A stretch of DNA of 64,000 nucleotides from Halovenus sp. (GTDB lineage: Archaea; Halobacteriota; Halobacteria; Halobacteriales; Haloarculaceae). Where the stretch lies: the NCBI GenBank assembly GCA_028275025.1, contig JAQCNM010000031.1:2078-66077 (forward strand). Reading direction: 5' to 3'. The notes beneath the pieces were generated by a model, which made no database searches, was not told where the DNA came from, and saw only the letters and a list, made by a program, of their open reading frames with translations. Both the position numbers and the translations under genes were made by a program. Shown here one piece after another: positions 38,939 through 48,825 of this stretch; positions within the stretch are counted from its first letter, which is position 1; each line of letters opens with the position of its first letter.

Positions 38939-40753
38939 ATGAGCGAACCAGCACCAGTTCAACAGACAGACGAGGAATCGTCAGACAGAACAGAGGAAGA
39001 TATCCACAGAGACACACCCGAGGGTGTGTCACACGGAGCGTCACCGGACCCGGACGTCACGACCGGTGCGGAGTCGGTCGTCGCCGCGCTCCGGACGGCC
39101 GGTGTAGAACTCCTGTTCGGTGTCACCGGTGGCGCGATACTGCCGGTCTACGACGCCCTCTACGAGCACGACCAGATAACCCACATCACGATGGCCCACG
39201 AGCAGGGGGCGGTCCACGCCGCAGACGCCTACGGTATCGTCACCGGGGAACCCGGTGTCTGTGTGGCTACCTCGGGCCCGGGTGCGACGAATCTCGTGAC
39301 CGGCATCGCCGACGCCAGCATGGACTCCGACCCGCTGGTCGCGCTCACCGGTCAGGTGCCGACCGGGTTCGTCGGCAACGACGCCTTCCAGGAGACCGAT
39401 ACGGTCGGGATAACACAGCCGGTCACGAAACACAGCAGCTTCGCCGACGACGAGTCGACGGTCGGTGCGGAGGTTGGAACCGCCTGGGCGCTGGCCGACG
39501 CGGGCCGACAGGGCCCCACCCTGGTCGACCTCCCGAAAGACGTCACGGGGGCGTCGACCGACGAGCGGCCGGGCGAGCCGGAGACACCGGACACGTACGA
39601 CCCGCCGACGACCGCGGAGCCGGTGATGGTCGAAGCGGCCGCCGAGACGCTTGCTACCGCCCGGCGACCGCTCGTACTCGCCGGTGGCGGGGTGATAGCG
39701 GGCGAGGCGACCACGGAGCTTCGGCGACTGGCCCGGGAGTACGGTCTCCCGGTCGTCACGACGATGCCGGGAACCGGCGCGTTTCCGCAGACAGACCCAC
39801 TCTCACAGGGTATCGCCGGGATGCACGGCACCGGCTACGCGAACATGGCGGTCTCGAACTGTGACGCTATGCTGGCGGTCGGGACACGGTTCGACGACCG
39901 TCTCACCGGCGACATCGAGACGTTCGCACCAGACGCCGAGATCGTCCACGTCGACATCGACCCCGCCGAGATAAGCAAGAACGTCGAGGCCGACTACCCG
40001 CTCGTCGGGGACGCCGGGGTCGTTCTCGACCAGCTGCACCGGGCGATACCGGGCCGGCCACCGGCTGTGGAGTGGCGTGACCGGTGTCGGACCTGGCAGG
40101 ACGAGTACCCGCTCGAGTACGAGACACCGGCGGACGAACCGCTCAAGCCACAGCACGTCGTCGAGCGGTTCGACACGGTCACCCCGGCCGACACCATCGT
40201 CACGGCGGGTGTCGGCCAGCACCAGATGTGGGCCTGGCAGCACTGGACGTTCACCGAACCCCGGACGTGGGTCACCTCCCACGGTCTCGGCACGATGGGG
40301 TACGCGGTGCCGGCCGCGATCGGTGCGAAACTCGCCGCCCCCGACCGCGAGGTTGTCGCGTTCGACGGCGACGGCTCCTTTCTGATGACCGCACAGGAGC
40401 TGACAGTCGCGGTCCGGGAGGAGTTAGACCTCACGGTGGTCGTTCTCAACAACGAGGCGGTCGGGATGGTCAGACAGTGGCAAGACGGGTTCTACGACGG
40501 TCGCCGCACGGCCTCGGAGTACCCCTGGGTGCCCCAGTTCGACGCAGTGGCGGAGGCGTTCGGTGCAAAGGGGCTACGCGCCGAGACGTACGAGGGGCTG
40601 GAGGAGTGTATTCAAACGGCCCGTGCATACGACGGACCGGCGGTGATCGACGCGGCTATCGACCCCGAGGAGAACGTCTATCCGATGGTGCCGGGCGGGG
40701 GCGACAACGCCCGCTTCGCGCTCGACAGCGACCAACTGGAGGGGTTGCAGTGA
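38939..40753 (+). CDS. ilvB: Acetolactate synthase large subunit
   Basis: Motifs FGVTGGAILP, HEQGAVHAAD, TSGPGATN, GMHG, GVGQHQMW, GDGSFLM. Confidence 0.96.
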   Translation: MSEPAPVQQTDEESSDRTEEDIHRDTPEGVSHGASPDPDVTTGAESVVAALRTAGVELLFGVTGGAILPVYDALYEHDQITHITMAHEQGAVHAADAYGIVTGEPGVCVATSGPGATNLVTGIADASMDSDPLVALTGQVPTGFVGNDAFQETDTVGITQPVTKHSSFADDESTVGAEVGTAWALADAGRQGPTLVDLPKDVTGASTDERPGEPETPDTYDPPTTAEPVMVEAAAETLATARRPLVLAGGGVIAGEATTELRRLAREYGLPVVTTMPGTGAFPQTDPLSQGIAGMHGTGYANMAVSNCDAMLAVGTRFDDRLTGDIETFAPDAEIVHVDIDPAEISKNVEADYPLVGDAGVVLDQLHRAIPGRPPAVEWRDRCRTWQDEYPLEYETPADEPLKPQHVVERFDTVTPADTIVTAGVGQHQMWAWQHWTFTEPRTWVTSHGLGTMGYAVPAAIGAKLAAPDREVVAFDGDGSFLMTAQELTVAVREELDLTVVVLNNEAVGMVRQWQDGFYDGRRTASEYPWVPQFDAVAEAFGAKGLRAETYEGLEECIQTARAYDGPAVIDAAIDPEENVYPMVPGGGDNARFALDSDQLEGLQ

Positions 40754-41409
40754 GCCGCGGTGAACTCCCCGGCCCGCCACCCGACGACCGGCTCCACCCG
40801 GATGGACGTCGCAACGGCCAGGGTATCCGTGTCGACCCGGCGGCCGAGGCCGAACACCCGCCCGAGCGGGCCGTGCTGTCGGCGCTCGTCACCCACGAAC
40901 CGGGTGTGCTGGCGGAGATATCCGGGCTGTTCAGCCGCCGGCAGTTCAACATCGAGTCACTGACCGTTGGCCCCACCGTCGACGACGACCTCGCCCGGAT
41001 GACGATCGTCGTCGAGGAGCCGCGACCGGGTATCGACCAGACAAAGAAGCAACTCGAGAAGCACATCCCGGTTATCTCGGTGCGGGAACTCGCGGGTAAT
41101 GCCGTCCAGCGGGAGCTCGTCATCCTCAAGATCGAGGGTGACAGGCCGGCGCAGGTCAACGCCATCACCGACATGTACGACGGGCGGACACTCGACGCCG
41201 GCCCGGAGACGGTCACCGTCGAGCTAACGGGTAATCGGAGCCGTATCGACGACGCCATCGACGCCTACAGCCAGTTCGGGGTTCGTGAGCTCGTTCGAAC
41301 GGGGCACGCGGCACTGGCCCGCGGCGAAGCCCCGACCGCACAGGTCAGCCAGCCAAACCAGGCCCCGACCGAGGCACAGGTCGCCACGGAGGCGGTGAGT
41401 GATGACTGA
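40750..41409 (+). CDS. ilvN: Acetolactate synthase small subunit
   Basis: [26 protein letters not shown] and ELVRTG. GTGA overlap with ilvB. Confidence 0.95.
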   Translation: MSRGELPGPPPDDRLHPDGRRNGQGIRVDPAAEAEHPPERAVLSALVTHEPGVLAEISGLFSRRQFNIESLTVGPTVDDDLARMTIVVEEPRPGIDQTKKQLEKHIPVISVRELAGNAVQRELVILKIEGDRPAQVNAITDMYDGRTLDAGPETVTVELTGNRSRIDDAIDAYSQFGVRELVRTGHAALARGEAPTAQVSQPNQAPTEAQVATEAVSDD

Positions 41410-42424
41410 CACCGGCGGCGGATTCAACAGCACAGTGTACGACGACGCCGACGCCGACCCGTCGGCACTGGACGGGCAGACCGTCGGGGTAATCGGCTAC
41501 GGGAGCCAGGGTCACGCCCACGCCCAGAACCTCGCCGACAGCGGTGTCGACGTGGTGGTCGGGCTTCGCCCGGGGTCGGCCTCGCGTCCCGAGGCGGAGG
41601 CCGACGGACTCCGGGTCGCCACACCGACCGCGGCCGCCGCGGAGGCCGACATCGTCGCGATGCTGATACCCGACACGGCACAGCCTGCGGTCTACGCGGA
41701 GCTCGAACCGGAGCTGACCGCCGGCGACACACTCCAGTTTGCCCACGGGTTCAACATCCACTACGGCCAGATAGAGCCGCCACCGGAGATCGACGTGACG
41801 ATGGTCGCGCCAAAGGCCCCCGGTCACCTGGTGCGTCGGACGTACAGGCGTGGTGAGGGGACACCGGGGCTGCTCGCCGTCTCCCGGGACGTGACCGGCC
41901 GGGCACACGGTGAGGCGCTGGCCTACGCACGGGCGATTGGCTGCACCCGGGCGGGCGTTATCGAGACGACGTTCCGCGAGGAGACAGAGACCGACCTGTT
42001 CGGCGAGCAGGCGGTGTTGTGTGGCGGGGTGACAGAACTGGTCGAGGCGGGGTTCGAAACGCTCGTCGACGCCGGCTACACACCGGAGATGGCCTACTTC
42101 GAGTGTCTCAACGAGCTGAAACTCGTCGTCGACCTGCTGTACGAGGGGGGACACGCCGAGATGTGGGACTCCGTCTCCGACACCGCCGAGTACGGCGGGT
42201 TGACCCGCGGCAGTGCGGTTGTCGACCGCGAGGGGATGGACGAGATACTCGCCGACGTCCAGTCGGGTGCGTTCGCCCGCGAGTGGATCACGGAAAACGA
42301 GGCGAACAGACCGGCCTACCGCCAGCACCGGCGGGCCGAACAGACCCACCAGATAGAGCAGGTCGGCGACCGCCTGCGCGACCTGTTCGCGTGGGACGAC
42401 ACCGACACGGAGAAGCGGGCGTGA
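41402..42424 (+). CDS. ilvC: Ketol-acid reductoisomerase
   Basis: Motifs [47 protein letters not shown]. Confidence 0.97.
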   Translation: MTDTGGGFNSTVYDDADADPSALDGQTVGVIGYGSQGHAHAQNLADSGVDVVVGLRPGSASRPEAEADGLRVATPTAAAAEADIVAMLIPDTAQPAVYAELEPELTAGDTLQFAHGFNIHYGQIEPPPEIDVTMVAPKAPGHLVRRTYRRGEGTPGLLAVSRDVTGRAHGEALAYARAIGCTRAGVIETTFREETETDLFGEQAVLCGGVTELVEAGFETLVDAGYTPEMAYFECLNELKLVVDLLYEGGHAEMWDSVSDTAEYGGLTRGSAVVDREGMDEILADVQSGAFAREWITENEANRPAYRQHRRAEQTHQIEQVGDRLRDLFAWDDTDTEKRA

Positions 42425-42477
42425 CACGGAGTGGGCTATCGACCGGCGGCCAGAGACGACACACCACGAGGACACAG

Positions 42478-42708
42478 ATGACAACGGAGGAAACAGCCAC
42501 GACAGCTCTCCCAGGTACAGACGCGACAACGACTGCCACGATGGCCACCGTCGACCAGACGAACCCCTACACGAACCGGACACTCGGGTTCGCCCTGTAC
42601 GGGCGCGGGGTGATCACCGACGGCGGTCGACGGCCGGGCTTCGAGCCGATGCGAGCCGTCGACCACGAGTCCCGAACAGACGGCGTCGGCCGGCGCTTCG
42701 ACCGGTAA
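42478..42708 (+). CDS. Small hypothetical protein following ilvC (76 aa)
   Basis: ATG 42478. Internal duplicated motif TMATVDQTNP...LYGRG / PMRAVDHES...FDR, plus the haloarchaeal TDGG motif. Confidence 0.6.
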   Translation: MTTEETATTALPGTDATTTATMATVDQTNPYTNRTLGFALYGRGVITDGGRRPGFEPMRAVDHESRTDGVGRRFDR

Positions 42709-42766
42709 TCGGTCACGACCACCCGACTTCTGTTCTCCGGGGCCGACCAGCTAGCGGTTGTCGGTG

Positions 42767-43240
42767 TCACACCGCCACGACGACCATCACCACGAGCACC
42801 AGTCCGGTCAGCAGGACCCGGAGACTCCGCGAGGCGACGGTTCCGAACACCACGCCGAGGGCGACCAGGAGACTCTGTTTCGCGTCCCGGCGGCGGTACT
42901 CGACGGCGAACACCGCGACGACGGTGCCGAGGAGCAGTCCCGTCGTCCCGGTAAACGGAAAGAGGACGAGCCCGGCGGCGGTTCCGGCGGCGAGGCCCAG
43001 CCGCGAGGCACCCCCGACACGCGAGGCCACGTAGCGGGTGAACAGCCGTCCGGCGAGCACGAGCACGGCGACGGCGGTCACGAGTCCGAGTGTCAGCGTC
43101 GCCGGTTCGGCGTAGCCGGTCCCCCACCAGTACAGGTAGACCCCGACCAGTGAGAGCGCCGCCCCCGGGTACTGCGACCCCGCGTTCACGACGACACCGC
43201 CTCCCAGGAGCGCGAACGCGGCGACGGTCACCGCCGTCAT
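42767..43240 (-). CDS. DUF456 family membrane protein
   Basis: Hydrophobic 157-aa protein, ASRVGGASR, VFAVEY. Coupled to tmcA. Confidence 0.75.
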   Translation of the reverse strand: MTAVTVAAFALLGGGVVVNAGSQYPGAALSLVGVYLYWWGTGYAEPATLTLGLVTAVAVLVLAGRLFTRYVASRVGGASRLGLAAGTAAGLVLFPFTGTTGLLLGTVVAVFAVEYRRRDAKQSLLVALGVVFGTVASRSLRVLLTGLVLVVMVVVAV

Positions 43241-45453
43241 CGGAGCCGCTCCAGTTCGTCTCGTGCCTGTTCTGTGCCGTACACCTCGACCAGCGTCCGG
43301 ACAGTCTCACCGAACGCCCGCTTGCAGGCTGTCTGGGAGGGCCACTCCGCCGCGGCCTCCGGCCAGGGACGGCACTGCAGGGCCCTGCGGACGAGCAGGC
43401 GTTCGGCCCTGTCCGTTGTTTCTGTCTCCGGGGCAACCAGGTGACGAAAGGCCAGCCGTCTGACGGCACGCGGGGCGGTCCCGTGGATGGCCGCGCCGTG
43501 GGGGAGACCGGCAGCCAGCCGCCAGTCGAACGCCGCCAGTTCGAGTGTCGGTGTCCGGTCTATCGTCCGACAGACCGCCCGGACGATATCGGGGTCCAAC
43601 GTGGAGAGGTGGTCGGCGAGGGTCCCCGGTAGTCGCCGGCAGAACCACCGGCTGTGGCGCTGTTTCAGCGCCCGGCCACGCGGTGTGAGCGGGTCGAGCA
43701 CCACCGCCGAGTGCTCGCCGCTGCGGTCGTCCCGAGAGGTTGCGAGGTGGACTGTGCCGAACCCGTTTGCCCGCCAGAACCCGAGCAGCCGTGTCGTCGC
43801 GCCGAACCCGACACCCAGCCAGTCCCCCGACGCGTACGCCCGGAGCTGCTCGACGAGGTGCGACCCCAACCCCCGGGACCGGGCCGCGTCGTGGGTGGCG
43901 ATGCGGAGCACGCGGTGACCAACCGGTTCGGCGGCCGCCTCGTCGCGCAGTTGGCTTGCAAGCAGGTCCGGTATCAGGTTCCCCCGGACGGTCCCACCCT
44001 CGTAGATATCAGCCCGGGTGTCGGCCGACAGCCCGCCCTCGCGGGCGAGCAGGGCGACAGAGACCGGGTGACCGTCGGCTAGCAACGCGTGGACGCTGAC
44101 GTTCGGCGCGTCCAGCAGCCGTGCGAGGTCGTTTGGCTCGGTCCGGTAGTGAGCGAGCACCAGCAGCCCGAACACCTCGCCGAGGAGTCGCTCGTCGGCG
44201 ACGAGCTCTGCCGGGGTGAGCTGTCGGTAGCTGACAGTCTCCGGTGTCGCCGCCGCGACGACCGGTGCGACAGGTGGCCGAGCGTCGAGTGCGAGTGCCC
44301 GAAACGACCACACCTCGACAGGGTCACCGGCGGCGTACCGGACCGGTTCGGCGAGACCCGCCTCGGCGACGGTGTGTCGGCTGTCCGCGAGGCGCTCGCG
44401 AAACCGCACCGAAAACCCCCGTCCGGCTCCCTCGTACCCGTGGACAGTCGTCGTGAACGCGACGCCGTCGGCCGCGAGCAGCGACCCGAGCAGCCCGACC
44501 GGGAGAGCGGCGGCCTCGTCGACGAACACCCGGTCGGGGTCGCCCGGCAGGTCGGCGGCACGGGCCGCCTCACAGAACCGGACAGTCCCGTCTCCGGTGT
44601 CGAATCGGTGTGGCTGCTCGCTGTCGAACGACCCCGCAGTTTCCGCGAGCAGCTCCTCGGCCCGCGTGAACAGTTCACTCGCGGCCTGGTAGCTCGGGGC
44701 CGTGACGAGCACGTCCAGTCCGTCGCGGGCGAGCACGGCCGCAGCCAGTCCGGCGACACTGGACTTGCCGCGACCGCGGTCTGCCTCGACCACCAGCGCT
44801 CTCCCCGGCTTCCGCAGACGCTCGAACGCTCCCAGCACCTCGCGCTGGTCTCCGGTCAGACACGCCGCCTCCGCCTGGCCCAAAAGCCCGGTCCCGGTCT
44901 CGCGGGCCGTGTCCGGGCTCGACCCACTGTCGAGTGTGGGTGCGGGGTCGACGAGCCCGTCGCACACGACCGCCTCGCTGTCGACATCGACGACGGCGAC
45001 ACCCCGGTGGTCCCGCACAGTCCCGACGAGCCGACGCCGAAACAGCCCGGTCACCTCGTCCAGGCCGAACGGCGGGACCGCGAGTGTCTCGTCGAACCCG
45101 TCGCGCCGGTCTGGCCACGCCGAGAGCGGTGGCACGAGCAAGACGAGCAGTCCGCCGCCGGCGACTGTCCCGACGGCCCGTCCGAGCGTGTTCGGCTCAC
45201 AGCGCTCGTGACAGTCGACGACGAGCGCCGTCTGGGTGGTCCCGAGCAACTCGTTGCTGTCACGGCTGTCGATACTCGCACAGTCCAGCGGCTGGCCGGG
45301 CCCGAGATAGGTCGTCACCGCGCGGTCGATGCCGGCCGCGTCGAGTGCATCCGCCGCCCGCTCCCGGGTCCGTGTCGCCTCGCCCGCGAGCACGAGGAGC
45401 CGTCGCTCACCGGTGGCGACAGCCTCACCCCGGAGCCGAGCCGCGAGTTCCAT
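43237..45453 (-). CDS. tmcA: tRNA(Met) cytidine acetyltransferase TmcA/Nat10
   Basis: Motifs ADRGRGKS, VDEAAALP, TTVHGYEGAGRGF, LAHYRTEPNDL, RIATH, RGLGS. Confidence 0.95.
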   Translation of the reverse strand: MELAARLRGEAVATGERRLLVLAGEATRTRERAADALDAAGIDRAVTTYLGPGQPLDCASIDSRDSNELLGTTQTALVVDCHERCEPNTLGRAVGTVAGGGLLVLLVPPLSAWPDRRDGFDETLAVPPFGLDEVTGLFRRRLVGTVRDHRGVAVVDVDSEAVVCDGLVDPAPTLDSGSSPDTARETGTGLLGQAEAACLTGDQREVLGAFERLRKPGRALVVEADRGRGKSSVAGLAAAVLARDGLDVLVTAPSYQAASELFTRAEELLAETAGSFDSEQPHRFDTGDGTVRFCEAARAADLPGDPDRVFVDEAAALPVGLLGSLLAADGVAFTTTVHGYEGAGRGFSVRFRERLADSRHTVAEAGLAEPVRYAAGDPVEVWSFRALALDARPPVAPVVAAATPETVSYRQLTPAELVADERLLGEVFGLLVLAHYRTEPNDLARLLDAPNVSVHALLADGHPVSVALLAREGGLSADTRADIYEGGTVRGNLIPDLLASQLRDEAAAEPVGHRVLRIATHDAARSRGLGSHLVEQLRAYASGDWLGVGFGATTRLLGFWRANGFGTVHLATSRDDRSGEHSAVVLDPLTPRGRALKQRHSRWFCRRLPGTLADHLSTLDPDIVRAVCRTIDRTPTLELAAFDWRLAAGLPHGAAIHGTAPRAVRRLAFRHLVAPETETTDRAERLLVRRALQCRPWPEAAAEWPSQTACKRAFGETVRTLVEVYGTEQARDELERLR

Positions 45454-45580
45454 ACCTCTCGTTCGTGTGTCCCCCAGCATGTAGTCTGCGGTCGACGGGA
45501 GCAGCCGTATCCGCAGCCCCCGCGTTTGAGGCTCCCGCCCCTGGATGGTGACGTCCGCTCGCTACGTGTCACGGCCCATT

Positions 45581-47032
45581 TCAGTCGTCGCCGCGTGCAC
45601 GCTCGAACATCGACAGCGCCGCCTCGCGGCGCTCGCTGTGGTCGACAATCGGACCCGGGTAGTCGGGGGCGTGCATCTTGCGCGTCCCGAGGCTGGTCTC
45701 GTGCCACTCGTGGATCACCTCGGCGGGCGTGTCCGTCAGTTCGGGGACGTAGCGTTTGATGTACTCGGCGTCGGGGTCGTACCGCTCGCCCTGTGTCATC
45801 GGGTTGAAAATCCGAAAGTACGGCTGTGCGTCGGTTCCGGTGGACGCCGCCCACTGCCAGCCACCGTTGTTGTTGGCGGTGTTGTGGTCGTACAGTTTCT
45901 CCCGGAACCAGTTGTAGCCGACCCGCCAGTCGATCAGGAGGTCTTTCGTGAGAAACGAGGCGACGATCATCCGCACCCGGTTGTGCATGTACCCCTCCTC
46001 GCGCAACTGCCGCATCCCGGCGTCGACAATCGGGTAGCCGGTTTCGCCGTTCTTCCAGGCCTGCACCGCCTCGGGGTTGTCGTCCCACTCTATCGGGTTC
46101 TCGTAGGTCTTGTAGTTGTTCGTCACCACGTCGGGCCGGTCCCAGAGCACCTGGGTGTAGAACTCACGCCAGGCCAACTGGTCTTGATACTCGTGGACAG
46201 ACTCGCGTTCGTCCTCGGACTCGGCGGCCGCCCGGGCCTGCTCGGTTCGCTCGTACAGCTCCCGAACCCCGATGAGGCCGTAGGACAGGTAGCCCGAGAG
46301 CCGCGAGGTACACCGGTCGGCCGGGTAGTCCCGCCGGTCGCCGTACCGGTAGATGTCCGACGCACAGAACTCGTCCAGGCGCTCACGTGCCCGCTCGGTG
46401 CTCGCCGTCGGGATGTCTGCCTCTGGTTGGTCGAACCCGAGTTCCCCCAGCGACGGCAGTTCCGACAGCAGGAACTCCCCGGCGGCTGTGCCGTCGAGTC
46501 GCCCGTTCACCGCAGCCAGATCCGCCGCCGCCGGCGGTTCCGTTGCCGACTCCTTCTGTCTGTCGTGCCACTTCTTCGAGAAGTATGTGAACACCTTGTA
46601 CGGGTCACCGCTGTTCGTGGTGATAGTTCCCGGCTTGTGGTGTACCTCCTGGTGTTCGGCGTGTCTGTCTACCCCTGCGTCAGAGAGTGCCTGTCGAACG
46701 GCCGCGTCCCGCTCGCGGGCCAGTCCGGAGTAGTCGGCCGCCCACGTGACGAGAGCCGCGTCGAGTTCGGCCGCAACGTCGGCGACCACTGTCTCCGAAT
46801 CACCGCGTGCGACGAGCAGTTCGCCACCGCGTTCCCGGTAGTTCGCCCGCAACGAGTCGAGCGCATCGAGCATGAACGCCAGACGCGGTGGTGCGGCCTC
46901 GTCGAGCACCGCCGGGTCGAACACGAACAGCCCGACGACCGGTGTCTCTGCTGTCGCCCCCTCGACCCCGCGTCCCACCAGGGCCGGGTTGTCGGCGAGT
47001 CTGAGATCCTGCCGATGCCAGTGTATTCGCAT
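45581..47032 (-). CDS. phr: Deoxyribodipyrimidine photolyase (class I CPD)
   Basis: Motifs WHRQDLRLADNPAL, TSRLSGYL, QLAWREFY, TGYPIVDAGMRQL, MHNRVRM, NNGGWQW, FRIFNP. Confidence 0.96.
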   Translation of the reverse strand: MRIHWHRQDLRLADNPALVGRGVEGATAETPVVGLFVFDPAVLDEAAPPRLAFMLDALDSLRANYRERGGELLVARGDSETVVADVAAELDAALVTWAADYSGLARERDAAVRQALSDAGVDRHAEHQEVHHKPGTITTNSGDPYKVFTYFSKKWHDRQKESATEPPAAADLAAVNGRLDGTAAGEFLLSELPSLGELGFDQPEADIPTASTERARERLDEFCASDIYRYGDRRDYPADRCTSRLSGYLSYGLIGVRELYERTEQARAAAESEDERESVHEYQDQLAWREFYTQVLWDRPDVVTNNYKTYENPIEWDDNPEAVQAWKNGETGYPIVDAGMRQLREEGYMHNRVRMIVASFLTKDLLIDWRVGYNWFREKLYDHNTANNNGGWQWAASTGTDAQPYFRIFNPMTQGERYDPDAEYIKRYVPELTDTPAEVIHEWHETSLGTRKMHAPDYPGPIVDHSERREAALSMFERARGDD

Positions 47033-47563
47033 ACCCGTATCTGGTGCCGCACCCACTTTAGTCTGACACCACACGTCTCCTCTATCGCCCGATACCGACT
47101 GTCTCCTGTGGTCCTGGATAGAGGAGAAGCCGACAGCTGGCTCCACTCCGCAACCAGCTAATAAAAAACGCTGGTGATTAGATAGCGGGGGTCTCTCGTC
47201 GCAAGTTACAGGAGGCCGGGGACGGCCCAGATGGCCGGACTCCCGTTGCGGGTGCCGACAACGTGTTCTAAGAGACGGACGAGAACAGCAGTGTCTCCGG
47301 TGACTCTACCGATAGCTCACAGTCGAACTCACGGAAGACCTGGCGTCGCTCGGCACATTTAAAAATGTGAACCGCTCTTTATACAGACGGAGAGGGTTGT
47401 TTCGCCGGGTGGGGTTGAACTCCTCTCGCGGAACTGGTTGTTTGCTCGAAGACAGACTCTGAACTCCTGGTGCAGGGACCCGAAGTTCACCCTGTCACAG
47501 AAACCCCGGGCGCAGTGAGACTGTTTCGGAGTATGTTTATCCGACTCGCCCCATCGAACCGAT

Positions 47564-48163
47564 GTGGAAGAACTCGACGAGAAAGTCACAGAGCACAGGA
47601 ATCCAAAGGAGAACATTGCACCGATTCTGGTGAACCGATGGTCACCGAGGGCGATGACGGGCGAGCCACTCGATCGGACGCAGTATATGCCCCTGTTCGA
47701 GGCAGCGCGGTGGGCACCGTCCTCGTACAACAATCAACACTGGCGTTTCCTCTACGCCACCCGAGGAGACGAGAAGTTCGAGCGGTTTTCCGACCTTCTC
47801 AACGAGGGAAACCGAGAGTGGGCCGAGGATGCCGCTGTCCTCGTTACCCTCGTGTCGAAACAGACATTCGACCACAACGGAGAGCCCGCCCGTACCCACT
47901 CGTTCGACACGGGCGCAGCGTGGCAGAACCTCGCACTGGAGGCCTCCAAGCGGGGCCTCGTTGCACACGCGATGCAGGGGTTCGACTACGAGGCTGCTGC
48001 AGAACAACTCGACGTACCGGAAGAGTTCACAGTCGAGTGTATGATCGCTATCGGCGAGCGCGCTCCAAAGGAAACCCTCCCCGAGGAGCTCCGAGACCGC
48101 GAGTTCCCAAAGGGGCGAAAATCGATCGACGAGATAGTTCACCGCGGCGGGTTCGCTGACTGA
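47564..48163 (+). CDS. Nitroreductase family protein
   Basis: Motifs RWSPRAM, AARWAPSSYNNQHWRF, FDTGAAWQNLALEA, HAMQGFD. Confidence 0.92.
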   Translation: MEELDEKVTEHRNPKENIAPILVNRWSPRAMTGEPLDRTQYMPLFEAARWAPSSYNNQHWRFLYATRGDEKFERFSDLLNEGNREWAEDAAVLVTLVSKQTFDHNGEPARTHSFDTGAAWQNLALEASKRGLVAHAMQGFDYEAAAEQLDVPEEFTVECMIAIGERAPKETLPEELRDREFPKGRKSIDEIVHRGGFAD

Positions 48164-48360
48164 GCCACCTCACAGACTGTCCACGGCAACGCTCCGACAC
48201 GGAGACTGTGTGCTAAGAGCAGTTCCGGCAGGAAGTCATCGGTCACACGGCGATACGTTCGAACTGGAATCGGTCGCCGGCAGTGTAAACAACCACTCTG
48301 ACCCACAGAAATGGAGTAACTCGAATCCGACGGATTTCGTGGACTCGACCAGCTAAATCA

Positions 48361-48404
48361 GCTCGGGGTCGAGCCCTGTGGCATCCGCCCAGATTCTTCT
48401 GTGA
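48361..48404. mobile_element. Possible degenerate IS200/IS605-family end hairpin
   Basis: GCTCGGGGTCGAGCCCTGTGGCATCCGCC resembles the haloarchaeal IS200/IS605 subterminal hairpin as I recall it. No transposase nearby. Confidence 0.35.
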
Positions 48405-48705
48405 GGTGTGAGCTGCAGGAACGGGTCACAGTGAGTCCGCTGGAAACCGGGGCTGTACTCGTCCCGGCCGGTCAACTGTCTCCGATGGTCGGTGACGGCT
48501 ACATTCACCGGATCTCGTCGCATCCTGTGGAGCCCCAGTTCACCTCGGTGGGCCGGTTCTCCGTCGTCGCTGGCTGTGTAGTCCCGATACCGGCTCCGGT
48601 CACCGGCAGCCGTTCTCCCGCGACGACACCCGAAACACTGTGATCCGTGGTTCTCTCAGGCTGGGACGAGAGCACTACCGCTCTCCAGGATACCTGCGTC
48701 GTTCA

Positions 48706-48825
48706 CTAGTTGCACTCGGGGCACATAGAGTATGTCTGCCCGGTCCAGCTCTGTCGCAGGTGCATAGTTGCCCCGCACTCCTCACAAACTTTCTCGTCGG
48801 ACTTGCTATCTTCTGCTGCGTGCAT
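48706..48825 (-). CDS. Small CPxCG-related zinc-finger microprotein (39 aa)
   Basis: Translated by hand: MHAAEDSKSDEKVCEECGATMHLRQSWTGQTYSMCPECN. AAAGTCTTATT (BRE/TATA-like) lies about 26-35 nt upstream on the minus strand. Confidence 0.7.
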   Translation of the reverse strand: MHAAEDSKSDEKVCEECGATMHLRQSWTGQTYSMCPECN

